DNA of 64,000 nucleotides from Psammoneis japonica (Eukaryota): the NCBI GenBank assembly GCA_008632985.1, contig QPGO01000059.1:124001-188000 (forward strand). The letters run 5' to 3'. A program made the position numbers and the translations under genes. Shown piece after piece: positions 38,447-50,896 of this stretch. The first letter of the stretch is position 1; each line of letters opens with the position of its first letter. The notes under the pieces are model-generated. The model saw nothing but the letters and a program-made list of their open reading frames with translations, was not told the origin of the DNA and ran no database searches.

Positions 38447-39273
38447 TTATTCTTCTTCGTTCCATACCTTTCCACAATCTTGACATTGATATTTCATCAT
38501 GACGGTATCTGCTCGATCCTTGTTCCCCCACGTTTCTCCCTTGGTCAACGCCGTGTCTTGTCTTATACCGGAGTTCCCTGCATTGACGACCTTGGTGCTG
38601 TTGCAAGACGAACACGTGACGCCAGCAGCTGTATCGTTTTCGACGGGAGGATACGTCTTGAGCGTTGCGCTTGGGGGTGTGCGTCTAGTGCTAAATTCCA
38701 AATCGACTTGCGAGATGCCTTGCGGCGTTTGTATGGATTGACCTCGTTGCTGTTGGTACTTGCAGCAATTACGGATGCATCCTGCTTTTGTCGTTCCTGC
38801 TGCTCTTGTTGTCGGCGCATTCGTTCGGGGATCGGAACCGTTCTCAAGAATCCTCCACCGGCATCACCCGGTGATTGTTTCTTTTTCGGCAATCCAGCAG
38901 CTCGTTTCGGTTTGCCTCGCAAATCATGTAGAACCGCAAGAGGATCTTTACTCTGCTTTTTATTGGTAAAGGACCGCGCTGCCGTTTCGGATAATTCTTG
39001 CTGCAACTCGATAAATGCCTGTGCAAACAGCGGCTGCACCTCTTCCAGTTGTTCCTGTTGCGTATCATCCATCACTTGCACCTTATCGGGATCCACACGA
39101 ACCGCACGTGTTGTATAATAGTGCAGCCAACAATATGGTTTCTGACTGCTGCTTCGTTTACGATCAATCAAGCTTGATTTCTTTCGAGTCGAAAAGTCGA
39201 CCAGCACCGCTGCCGCTTTCTCTCCACAGAAACTGCAAAGTTCTTGTTGCTTGCGTGAATCGGAACTTTGCAT
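38447..39273 (-). CDS. Protein with N-terminal CxxC…CxxH finger and C-terminal TFIIS-like zinc ribbon (frameshift near 38690)
   Basis: CSFC…CWLH; CSSCNS…KGETWGNKD…YQCQDCGKVWNE. Confidence 0.7.
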
Positions 39274-39463
39274 ATTCTCAATCTACAGTATATAATCCGT
39301 CACCTCGAGCTTCTGATTGCGCTTATTATATTGGAACTGTTACAACAGCGTCACAGAAACGCAGACACCGACGACATGAACGGTTGTGTTGTTGCTGCGC
39401 AGTGGGTCGTCGGGGGGGCTTGGGGAGTCAATCAGTCTCAGTTGTTGTCGCCGTCGCTGCAGA

Positions 39464-40434
39464 GAGAATTACTAATTTCAAATTCCTCACCACGGAGATG
39501 CTCACCAAATGCTCACCACGACTTTTTCGTTAAATATATTACGTCAGTCTCTCCGTCATATGCGAACTGCCACATCACTCTTTCAAACCAAACATAATCC
39601 CCCCCCCATCAAAACCGACCAAAACTGACGGCAACGCCCAGAAAACAGAAAACAACACGCATCGACAACATGGTGGCACACAGAGCATGAAAATGATGGC
39701 CCGTAACGGCGTCAAATTTCAACCGTATGACAATAAAAAGAAGAGCAATCGAACCGTCGTATATTAATTAGTCTGTGAAGTTCATTTCTCTTTTGTCCAG
39801 TGCTGTAATCGTAGACTTATGGAGTTTTTTCAGAAGCTGTCAATTGTCAAGTTTTAGATCCTTTTCTCGGGCCATTTCGACCCCTCAGTCTAAGATCAAA
39901 CTACATAATAATAAGCCGATTAAATCCTCCAGATTTAAGTTAGTCTTTAAGCTTATTGGTGTATCGTGTGGATCTAGTTTAGCTGCCTTATGCATTGAGT
40001 TTGTATGGTGCACGAACAATCCTGTGAATACAACAAGTCTATTTTAGCCATAAGTCCACACCATTTTGCCATTTTCTTCACCTGACATGATCATATGGAC
40101 TTAATATTATCGTATGGTGCTACTTCTATTGTTTTAAATGTGGAAGAAGTTGTGAGAAACGGCCGCAGACGCCATGGCGACTTACACGAAAAACACATCT
40201 CAAGTCATCTCAGTAGATTTCTACATGCGGCTCAGTACGTGACGTCTCAAATCGATCGCCGTTGCTCTACAGTACGCTACAGCGCAGTGGAATTTTCGAC
40301 TTAGCGAAATTTGGGCGTCGATGAGGAAGGGTGTGAAGGGGGTCGGGTGGGGCGGGAAGCATTCGCGCGACTGACGCAAACAGACGTGGTGAGCATTTGG
40401 TGAGCATCTCCGTGGTGAGGAATTAGTAATTCTC
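39464..40434. mobile_element. 971-bp non-autonomous DNA transposon with ~50-bp TIRs and 8-bp TSD GCTGCAGA (Mutator/hAT-like)
   Basis: gctgcaga|gagaattactaat(ttcaaat)tcctcaccacggagatgctcaccaaatgctcaccacg … cgtggtgagcatttggtgagcatctccgtggtgaggaattagtaattctc|gctgcaga. Confidence 0.9.
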
Positions 40435-43400
40435 GCTGCAGAAGCGTGGAAAGCACGTAGAGTGTCGTATTGAGCGAGCGCTTACAGTACACGCTTTCAA
40501 CCGAAGGTTCGACTGATTCCACGAATCGCAAATGAATATCTGAATATCCGTTGGAAATTTTCGTATTGCCCCATGAAATATGTAAAGCCTCATGTCTTAA
40601 TATAATCATAAAATGACCTCAGTCATAATCCAACGCACGTCCGGACGGCGTGTTCTCCCTGCTGAAGCGAGCAAACAAAACCGTTCTGTCGAAGTTGATG
40701 TTGTGCCCCCCAGGAGCAGTGACCTTGACACAACTGACCATTGACCATGAAATGGATCTCTAGACGTCCCAGCACTGGGAATGCATCGTTGCCAAACATG
40801 ACGGACGAAGCAAAAGTCAAATGGAAATGGGATCGATGAAGGAGAAGAGCACGCGGGACACGTTGATTGTTTCTTTGTTGAGCGACTTGATGATGACAAG
40901 TTTTGTGAACTTCCACAGTTGATTGCCAACAAGACTTGGGAGCTTGCAAGGATCTTGAGCAATCCAGATGGTCATGAGATGAAGCACCTGGGACTCTGAT
41001 CATGATTTGTGCATGATGCAATGTCGCACCTCAAGGGAAACTGGATCTCCAGATGTGGTGGCGACGGCCATGTTCTCAGCGAAGATCACCACATGTGGAA
41101 AGAAAACATCATTCTCAGGATGGGCACAAGTGGCACGCAACTGGAGTGGGAGCCCGAGCCTCCCCCGCTTGCGCTGGAGCAGGAGGCGGCCTTCACGAGG
41201 AAGCCATCATCAAGACGGCCTGGAATTTCGGTGGGGTGGGATTTGTTCAGGCTGGGAGGTGACCCATTTGATTTCTTGCTGATGAACCACACTTTGGCAA
41301 TGATTGGTGTTCACCATTGCATGTTCAAATCGAAAACACCATGAGGCTTGATGGATTCCAAAGGCTGAAACACGCATGTGCTGAAGATTCGCGCCAATCC
41401 TGCGCAGCACAGTCGGAACACAAGTGCAAGGATGAAGACAGCAAGCTTCAGGACATTGTGTTTGCCATGGCTGACAAGGGATGCAAGGACCAGTCTGGTG
41501 TTTCTGCCATCACAAAGAGTCTTGTCAATTGGGGTGGGAGTGTTGTTGAAGCCTGCGCATGCCACAAGCGGCAGCTGTGATGGCGCTTCGTGCAGTGGCA
41601 TGTGCTGCAGCTTTCAGACATTCTCATTGGCTTGGGAGGCACTGCGGCAACTCACCAGATGCTTGTGGTCATCACCCTTTGCACGCCAGTGCAGCAACAT
41701 GTGACGCATTGGCAATCAAGCACCAGCTCTCGAAAGGAGTGGACAGTTTGGTCAGGAACAACGCCAGTGAGCGAGACGCCCCTTGATTTGCAAAAATCTG
41801 CAGGCAGACGGCAAAAAGATGAAGACGAAATGCGCCAGTGTTGCTTTTTGCAAACTGACGTGGCAGTGTAAAGAGAAAGTGGGACAGAACTGCAGCTGCA
41901 CAATGCCTGGGGGAAGCCTGGTGGGACAGCTCATGTCCACAGGTGTCTCGTCATGATTCTGCTGGCAACAACCCACACATTTCTTGCACCGGTGGTGATG
42001 CAACATTCAGCAGTTGGATTCATTTTTTTGCCATTGTCAACCCTTGATGAAACTGACACTGTTTGCTGCCCTGGTTGTGTCCCTTCGCTGGAGCTGCCAT
42101 GTTTGATGGAGAGTTGCCAAGGTGCAACAGCTCAACTCTCTCTGATCAACTGCGTTCAGTGCAGAATTTGAGGTTGGCAGCTCAGACATGTGGCCGTCAA
42201 GTGACAACAATTCCTTCTCCACATTGACAGTCTACAAAAACTCACAATCTCCACTTGCTCCACTTGCTTGCACAAACCCTCTCCACTGGTCGGGAACATT
42301 TCAATGCTGTCAATTTTTCTTGGTCCACGTGTGGCCATGCATGTGCATGTCAAAGGAGTGTGTTGATTCTTTGGAGTTCTGCAGGTTCCATTGAAATGAT
42401 GGAGCCAGAGCTTCATTGGGTGCCAACTCCAGGCCTGTGATTCGGTCCACCACCACCGTCAAGAGGACAGACTTGATCACATTTGGACATTCCGCGTGGG
42501 GGTGTGCGCAGTCTTCTTCGTCATCGTTGTCCACCTCAATGTCATCGACCACCACAAAGCCATTGAGCGGATGGTGCTGAACACAGTCTGTCCACTGCTG
42601 ACTGGAAATTGATGGCGCAGCCTTTTGCGTGGCTTCCCAAAAGAAATTGTCACCCACGTGAGTCCGGTCTGTGTCGGCACCACCAAAAAAGTCCCACGTC
42701 AGGGCAGCAACATCGGGGACAACCTCTTTGGCAGAGCACTTGAAATGAACCCCAATCTTCAAATTTCTGCAAGCACACTTGATCCATTCTGTGTCCACCA
42801 TGATTGTGACCTTGTCGCATTTTTCTTTTTGATCAAGAATTTGTTTGACTCGCTCCCCTCCAGCACTTGATCCAGAAGTTCTCCTGGTGTGGGCTGTTCT
42901 TGAGATTGCATGTCTTCCCCCAAAGGCATTTCAATGACATTCTCTGCTTCTAAAGATCCTTTGATTTGCTTGTTTTCTCCTCCAAAGCACAGTCCTTTGA
43001 ATTCTGCTAAAAATTCGCAGGCATCCTCATCCTCACCAGTGTCCTCATTGCCTGCTCCTTCTTGCTTCTTCCTCTTCACCGTTCTTGTCCACTGCAGATT
43101 TGTCGCCATTGCCAGTGTCTTCTTCCTCTGGCCTGCCAATTTGCTTCTCCACGTCTCCCATCAATTCCATGTTTTGAATGGATTGAATCACCTCCAAAAG
43201 GACGCTCAGTCGAGGTGATGAGGATGCCATTTTGACATGCAAAGAGCCTTGACAAGCAACGACCACTGATCTCTCTCTTTGTCTCTGTGAACACCCCATG
43301 AAGTCATGGCTTGTTGTCAGCAGCTGAATCTGGACGATCCATGCAAACGAAGTTAGTGTTCTGGAAGGTTGAAAGAAGCTGGAACAACCATCGCAAAAAA

Positions 43401-44154
43401 CAGATGGAGGACAACAAAAACAAAAATGAAAAAATGAGAAAGAGGAAATCGAGGATCTCCTGATGGGGTGACAGACGCACAGTTCAACTTTTGAGTGCAG
43501 CAAGCGGGCGGTCAGATTGCAGCCAAAGCACTGTGAAGATCGCTGAGGCAAGATCGCAAGCTTCCTGTCGATCGATCACCTCACTTCTCTTCATTCTCTC
43601 ATTCACTTTAACTTCACTCTGCAGACTGCAGGCAGTGCACTTTATTTCACTGTTCTTTTTAACTAAAAAAGATGGCAACTTCCAAAAATCAAAACAACAA
43701 GCATCAAGAAGAGAGATCAAGATGAAGCATGTGTCAAGATGGGAGCCTGGGCAGAAGAGGTGACGGTGGGGTCAGGTTGTTCCAACCAAGTGCAATGCAA
43801 TGAATGTTGTTGTAGAGTGTGAATGTCACAACAAACAAGAGTGCAGCTGACACTTTCAGAGCTTTCTTGCTGTTGGAGGAGAGGATCGGCTGGTGCAGAT
43901 TTTGAGCTGTGGTTGATTGGAGACTTGCAAGAGCTGGGCATCTTGCAGACAGTTGAGTTGCAATGTCAGGGCACTGAAACTGCAACATCACAAAGAAGAG
44001 AGCTGATGATGTTTCTCAGCAGCTGCCATTGGGTCGTTGCAGCTCTGCATCAGTGCCTGTGCAGCTGCCCCTTTTGTGAGCGGGGTTGCCACACAAAGCT
44101 CACCTTGGGTGTGTGCCAGCATGAGGCAGTTGCACCACAATGACAAAGACACTG

Positions 44155-44517
44155 AGGGTTGAAGGGGGATGCTTTGTCATGCCTGTGTTTGGAAGGTTTG
44201 TGCCACCATGGTTTTGAATCTCTTTGCACTTTTGTCCCAGATTGCAGCACACTCTCTGTGCAAAATTCCAAATGATTTTTGGCTCCTTTTGTGCCAGCCT
44301 TTCAGCACAAATTTCAAGTGCAACTTCACACAGGGTTGAAGGGGAATGTTTTGTCATGCCTGCATTCAGAGGGTTTGCGCCACATCATGGTTTTGGATCT
44401 CTTCACACTTTTGTCCCAGATTGCAGTGCACACTCTCTCTGTGCAAAATTCCAAATGGATGTTTGGCTCCTTTTGCGCCAGCCTTTCAGCACAAATTTCA
44501 AGTGCAACTCCACACAT
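44155..44517. repeat. Direct tandem duplication, ~177-bp unit x2
   Basis: agggttgaagggg…ttttgtcccagattgcag…cagcacaaatttcaagtgcaact at 44155 and 44332. Confidence 0.9.
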
Positions 44518-47379
44518 TTGGACAGATTTTCAAGATTTTGATGATCAGATTTTATGGTCCTGCCCTTCTTGCCAACTTTTTCATTCTGCCTGAGTTTTCT
44601 CGAAGCTGGCCTTCAACTCTCGAAGGACATCACCTGGCCCCAAAGTGGGGCCTGGGGCAATGGGATTCCTGCACACAGTGGCATTTTCTCCCAACCACAG
44701 TCTTCCCCCATGTTGGACTTTCTTGGATCTTTTGCCCCTTGACTCTTTCATCCTTTCAAGCACTTTGATTTTCTTGGAGACAGCCACATGATGTTTGGTT
44801 TTCTCCCTGCAGTGTTTGTTTTTGTGGCTTCCACATGGTGTGTGTGGCTGGGCTTGTCTGCTCTTTGAAGCACAGCAACCGCGTTTGCCGTGCATCAAGT
44901 GCCTGTTTTGGTGTCATCACAACTTCCCGTTGAAACTGTGGCATGTGACATGCGCTCTTGTTTCATGACAGGCAGTGTGTCAATGCTTGAATTGTCCCTG
45001 TCGTCCCCTTCTTTTGGGTGCTGGGGAACATGGGTCTGCTGTGGTCAGTGTTGGCATGGGTGGCAGCAAGACAGCAGCACATGCAGCTGAACTCCAATTT
45101 TGTTGTTGGGCTGCTGTGGATGATGTCCACAAACAATTGATGTCATGCCATCATCATTTGTGCTGCAGCACTCTGCCAATGAAGTCTGTCATGTCTTCAT
45201 TGGTGCTGTGTGTCCACTCAAAGGTGAGAGCCAATTTTGATCCAAACTTTTGCCTCTCTCACATGGATGGGGTGATGGGGGGGGGGGGGGGCAGGTTTGT
45301 TCAACCAGCACCTGCAACAAATCATTTTGCTGCCAAAAGGTCATTTTAATGCACACTTGGACAAGGGCAGCTGTTTTGTCTCATTGAGCAACAGCCATTT
45401 GAAAACCATGTTGAAGGCTCCCAAGCTGTTCGTGATGACAACAACTTGGATCTCCTCCCCCACTCACAACATCCTCTCATGTGTGCCTGCATCTGACAAT
45501 GTGGGGCTTTCTTGGTTTGATCCAGCACAATTCAAAATCACTGCAGCAGCAGCCTGGGTCATCAAGGCCTCTTCCAGCTCCAGGTGTCCCACACAGGTGC
45601 GTTTTTGCATTTGACCCAATGAATTTTTCTTCAGCTTCAATTGTTTCCCAAATCAAAGGGTGGGTGCACATGAAACTTTTGTTTGTTTGTGTGCACTCAC
45701 CTCTCCATTTTCAAAACAATCAAAACTGAAAAGTTCATTGTGCCAAACGCAATTTTCATCTGGCATCTTCTTGCGTGATGGATCATGGATCACCTGGAGC
45801 TGGAACAGGCCCCAAGGGCTTGAGTGACACAAATCATCAAGAAGTTTTGCTTGCTGCAAGAACTCCCAGCTTTTGGGTTTTGTTTCACCGGAAGGTTGGT
45901 GGCAGACAGAGTGGATGAACAGAGAGTGCTGTGCATGCTTTTGCAACCAGCAGAGTGCATTTTTCATGATCCTCAACACCCTGGCACTTTCCAGATCTGC
46001 AGCTGTTGTCAATGGCAAATGCAGCCAAAGGAGAGAAATGACAGAAATGATGAGCATGGCATGAAAGCTGCACGCGGTGCAGAATGTTTGGGGTCCCACA
46101 CAACAAACGCTGGTTGTGAGCATGTGACTCAATTTGTTCTGTTGCAAACACTTGTCCATTGCAGCACATTTCTTGACATTGGGGCCAAAAAACATTTTGT
46201 GCTTCAAGTGCAAACTGAGTGCAAAACACAGGCAAGTGCCTCCAGAGGCTGTGGGAATGGGCCGGCTCAACAGAAGATTCTTTCCTTCACCTTGCTTGGC
46301 CATTGTTTGGGAGGGACAAATTGTGGCATGGTGAGTGTCCCCAACACCTGCTGGACATCTGGAAAATGCAGCTGCTCTTGTTTCGAGCTGAAAATTGTTT
46401 GATGAGAAGCCTGTGTTCTTGTCAAGTGCTCCTTCATTGCAAACAAATGGCTTTTTGTGACAAACTGAGTTTGGGAGAAGTGGGGAACCAGACTCAAGGA
46501 AATTTGGTCTCACAGCACATGCACTCTTGACAAGATGATTTTTGTGCATGCTCACAATGCATCATTGCAAATTTCTGTGTGTTCACAGTCAACTGAGTTG
46601 GCTGAGCAGGAAACAACAATGAACGAAACATGGTTCATTTTTGTGCACACACATGCACACTCAAGTCACTCTTGTCAATTGTTGTTGATCATTGGCTGGA
46701 GAGCATGGTGCTGACAGTTTGATTTGTTCATTTGTCAGCTGGCGTGCACTTTGCAACTCTGGACTCTGATGATGTTTGCTTTCTGCCATGGCAATGTTTG
46801 ACATTTGACACGTGCTCTTGTCCCATGCTGTCACTCTGTTGCCTTTGCTCTCTCTGTTCTTTTGGCCACTGTTCCGCTGTCTTTCACAGTCTGTCTCATG
46901 CCTTGGTGTTCTTGACAGTGCTTTCATTTTGCCATGTTCGAATCTTTTGCATGTTTCAAAGAGGGTCAATTTTTGTGGCAGCTTTTCATTGTGACACATG
47001 ATGGCAGAAGACAGCAGAGAAGTTGTCAGTGTTTGGCATGTTTTGTTCAGCAAGCGTGGCAAAATGCTGCTGTTTCTGCTTGCCTGTGTGCAACACTGCA
47101 GCACTTTGTTTCTCATCCTTGGCTGTTTTGCTTTCTTGTCAAATTGTCTGAGTTTCAAGAAATGAAGAAACAGCAAAAGCATCAGCTTGCATCTGACCTT
47201 TTGCCTTTCCTGTGGCTTTTCTTTGTTTGTGTGCAAAGTTTCCTGAGTCTTGTTGGTGCCTTTCTGCAATGCCATCATTGCTTGTGTGTGGCTTGGATGC
47301 ATCCTGTGTTTTTGCATTGTTTTGTGTGACAGCTGCGTGCCCTTCTTGCCACAAAGCCAAGCCAGTCATCAGCCTGGTG

Positions 47380-49590
47380 ACACCATTGCTTTTGTCATTT
47401 TGCAAGTGGCAGCAACCTGATGGGCACCAGTGGTCTTTGATGAACCCCAGGGGACACTTTGCAAGGTTGATCTTGCAGTGTTGTGGCCCCATGTCACATT
47501 GTCCCTGACAGGAGCAGACTTGAATTTCCAAGCTCCTCCTCTGCCAGAGTGAAATGACCCCACAACAGTGCCAGACCCCATGTGAGACTTGCTTTGCAAA
47601 CTTTGGTTGAGCATTGCAAGGTTGATCTTGTGGCATTGTGGCCCCATCATGTCACCTTGTCCCCAACAGCCACAGAGCAAAATTTCCCAACTCCAGAATG
47701 CAAGTGCCCCATGATGGCAACAAGAACCAACCTGACAGCTGCAAGCTGAGGGCACTGACAGTGTCTGGTGGGCTCCAGGTGAGATGTCAAGAACTTTGGC
47801 TTGGAATTGCAAGCTTGATCTTGTGGTGTTGTCACCCCATGTTGCCTTGTCCCTGGCTGGAGCACACTTGAGTTTCCAAACTCCAGAGTGAGAAGATCCC
47901 ATGACAGCACCAACCAACTTGACAACAAAAGCTGATGGCATTGATGGCTTCCAACAGCCCAAGTGATGCAGTTCTCAGAGCATCACCCCTGGGGTCCACC
48001 AAATGCTGCCAGTGTTCTTGGCTTGCTGTTGTCAGGTCAGCTGGCAGAGGAGGAGCTTGGAAACTCTCAAGTCTGTCTCCTGGGACAAGAAAGTGACATG
48101 GGCCAGCACAAGACCACAAGACCAACCTTGCAACAATCAACCACAGCTCTTGAAGTGTTGCCTGAGGTCCCCCAGACACCACCAGTGTCCTCAGCATGCT
48201 GTTGTCAGGTTGGTTGTCACTGTCATGGGTTTTCTTTCACTCTGGAGTTTGGAAATTCAAGTTTGCACCAATCAAAGGCAAGATGACATGGGGCCACAAC
48301 ACCACAAGATCAACCTTGCAATGCTCAACCACAATTCTCAATGTGTTCCCTGGGGTTCATCAGAAACCACCTTTGCCATCAACTGGCTGTTGCCAGGTTG
48401 GTTGGCACCATCATGGGATCCTTTGACTCTGGAGTTGGGAGCTGCAAGAAGTCTGCTGCTCTTGGGGAGTGACAAGATGAGGATGCATGGTGCCACAACA
48501 CCACAACATCTGCCTTTCAATGCCCAGCCACAGCTCTCAAAGTGTTGCCTGGAGAGACCACCAATGCCGCTGGCTTCCTGTTGTTAAGTTGATTGGGTGC
48601 TGTCATGGGGTCCTTTCACTCTGGAATTTGGAAATTCATGTCTGCTCTCCTTGTCAGGGACAAGGCAACATGGGGCCACAATGCTCAAGATCAAGCTTGC
48701 AATGCTCAGTTGCACCTCTCAAAGTCTCACCTGAGGTCCAACAGATGCCGCCAGTGTCCTCAGTTTGCTGTTGATAGATTGGCTGACAATGTCATGGGGT
48801 CATTTCACTCTGGAGATTCGAAACTCAAGTTTGCTCCCATCAGGGGCAAGATGACATGGTGCCACAACAACACAAGATCTGCCTCACAATGCTCAGTGGC
48901 TGTGCAGTTCTCAAAGTGTCCCCAGGGGTTCATCAGAGAACAACATCCTCAGCTCGCTTTTGTCAGGTTGGTTGGCACCATCATGGAGACCTCTGGCTCT
49001 GGAGTCAGGAGTTTCAAGTCTGCTGCTGTTGGGGACAAGACAACATGGGGCCACAATGCCACAAAATCAACCTTGAAATGCTCATCTTGTGGCATTGTGA
49101 CCCCATCATGCCACATTGTCCCCAACAGCTGCAGACTGAAATTTGCCAACTCCTGACTCCACATGATGGCACCAACCAAGAACCTGACAAGAGTGCAAGA
49201 ATCCCACACATGATGGCACCAACCAACCTGACAACTGCAAACTGAGGGCACTGGCAATGTCTGGCAGACCCCAGGTGAGATTTCAAGAACTGTGGCTGAG
49301 TGTTGCAAGGTTGATCTTTTGGCATTGTGATCAAATGGTGTCAACTTGTGCCCAACAGCAGCCAGACTTGAGTTGCCAATCCCAGATTGAAAGGATCCTG
49401 TGATCTGTGATGACACACCAACCAACCTGACAGCAGCAAGCCAAGGGTGTTGGCAGTCTCCAGTGGTCCCTGGGCAACACTCTTCAGAAATTGTGGCTTG
49501 ATGCTGTGGCATTGTGGCTCCATGGACTTGATTTCCCCATTCCAACAAAGCACAAGGACCCCATGATGGCACCAACCAACCCAACATCAC
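47380..49590. repeat. Diverged ~190-bp satellite, ~12 units in three blocks of alternating orientation
   Basis: gggccacaa…ccacaagatcaaccttgcaatgc forward at ~48100, 48290, 48490, 48672, 48860, 49047; reverse at ~47460, 47615, 47810, 49085, 49305, 49500. Confidence 0.85.
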
Positions 49591-50339
49591 AGTTGTTGCA
49601 TGATTGGAACGTGTGCTTCTTGTTGGCCTGGAGAATTAAAGATTTTTTGGCAGCTTGCTTGTGTGGCACAGCAGAATGACAAGACACCAGACACCACACA
49701 GCAGGATGCAATGATGTTGTGCTGGCACAAACAAGGCATGGTGCATGTGCAATGGGACAAGGTGGTGGCTTGTTCAAAGGTTTGATTGCTGGGTGGCAGC
49801 AAGCAAGCAAAACTTCAAAAAGCAACTCATTGGGAATGCCAGAGATGTGGAGTTGTTTTGCAGTGCAAAATGGCTTGAGGAGAATGGAAAATTGCTGGCA
49901 GCACTTTTGAAACAGGTTTCTCTTTGTTGAATGTGCAGGCCACCCTCCATTTTCCCCAATCTAAATTCCAAGCAAGAGCAGATCCATTGTGAGGGCTGGC
50001 CAGGGCCCAAGTCAGAAACATGAAATGTGCTTCATCGGTTGCATGCCGCACCATTTTGGAGGCTTGGCACATCGTCAAGCTTTCTTGCCTTGAGTTTCTG
50101 AGTGAGTCTTCATGGCCAATCTTGCCAACAGTGAAAGCCTCAACATCAAATGAGTTTTCCATTGCCAAAACCTTGGCCGCAGCTGCTGCTCACACAGTCT
50201 CTGGATCCTGGAGCTGGGTGCACAGAGAGAACACTCATGTTTCTCTCTGACGAGCAAATGCTGGGGGCTGGCACTTTGACCAGTGTGTCATCTGAGTGAC
50301 CCTCTGAAATTTTCTGCAAGAGACAAAACCAGTGCATTT

Positions 50340-50896
50340 GACGTGTTCCAGCCGCACGTGAACCAAATCGTGCACATAAACGACATTTGCGCGATTTTTG
50401 CGCGGTCCCTAACTTACGATCGAACTTTCACCACCAAAAGTATAGATTTATACAAATATAAATGTTTTGCAACACTAACAAGACTCGTGTGAGTGTTGCA
50501 ATATCATTGTTATTGTGATATCTATGTTTTTCATTGCGTTAAAAGATTCGTAACACAACGGATGATTTTCGGCGAAAATATTGCCGTTATTTGGATGTTA
50601 CCTAAATATATCTTTCTACGATGCTACATGGTAGGTTTTCTACCTACAAAGAAATCTCAGTATAAATCTACTGACGTACAATCAGTATTGAGACTACTGA
50701 GGAAGTTTATGATACATATCCCATGAGGACTTGAATACCCCACAAAAAACTATTTAAATGTCCATACTCTCAATGCCTATAAAAGCCAATCCGCTTAAGT
50801 ATTTTTTATATGAAAATGCTACATACACTAAAAGATACATAATTTATATTCAAAATCGATTGTCGTTTTGTGCGTCACCTGGGACTGGAACACGTC
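50340..50896. mobile_element. 557-bp AT-rich MITE-like insertion with short TIRs and probable 4-bp TSD ATTT
   Basis: attt|gacgtgttccag…gcacataaacgaca … tgtcgttttgtgc…ctggaacacgtc|attt; abrupt change to TpA-rich composition inside. Confidence 0.75.

Larger units (their letters stand above)
40640..50335. mobile_element. Large block of heavily mutated TE/repeat-derived sequence (family not identifiable), nearly devoid of TpA and, distally, CpG
   Basis: Only ~17 TpA seen in 9.6 kb; Tyr-less ORF remnants; internal duplications and satellite. Confidence 0.6.
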
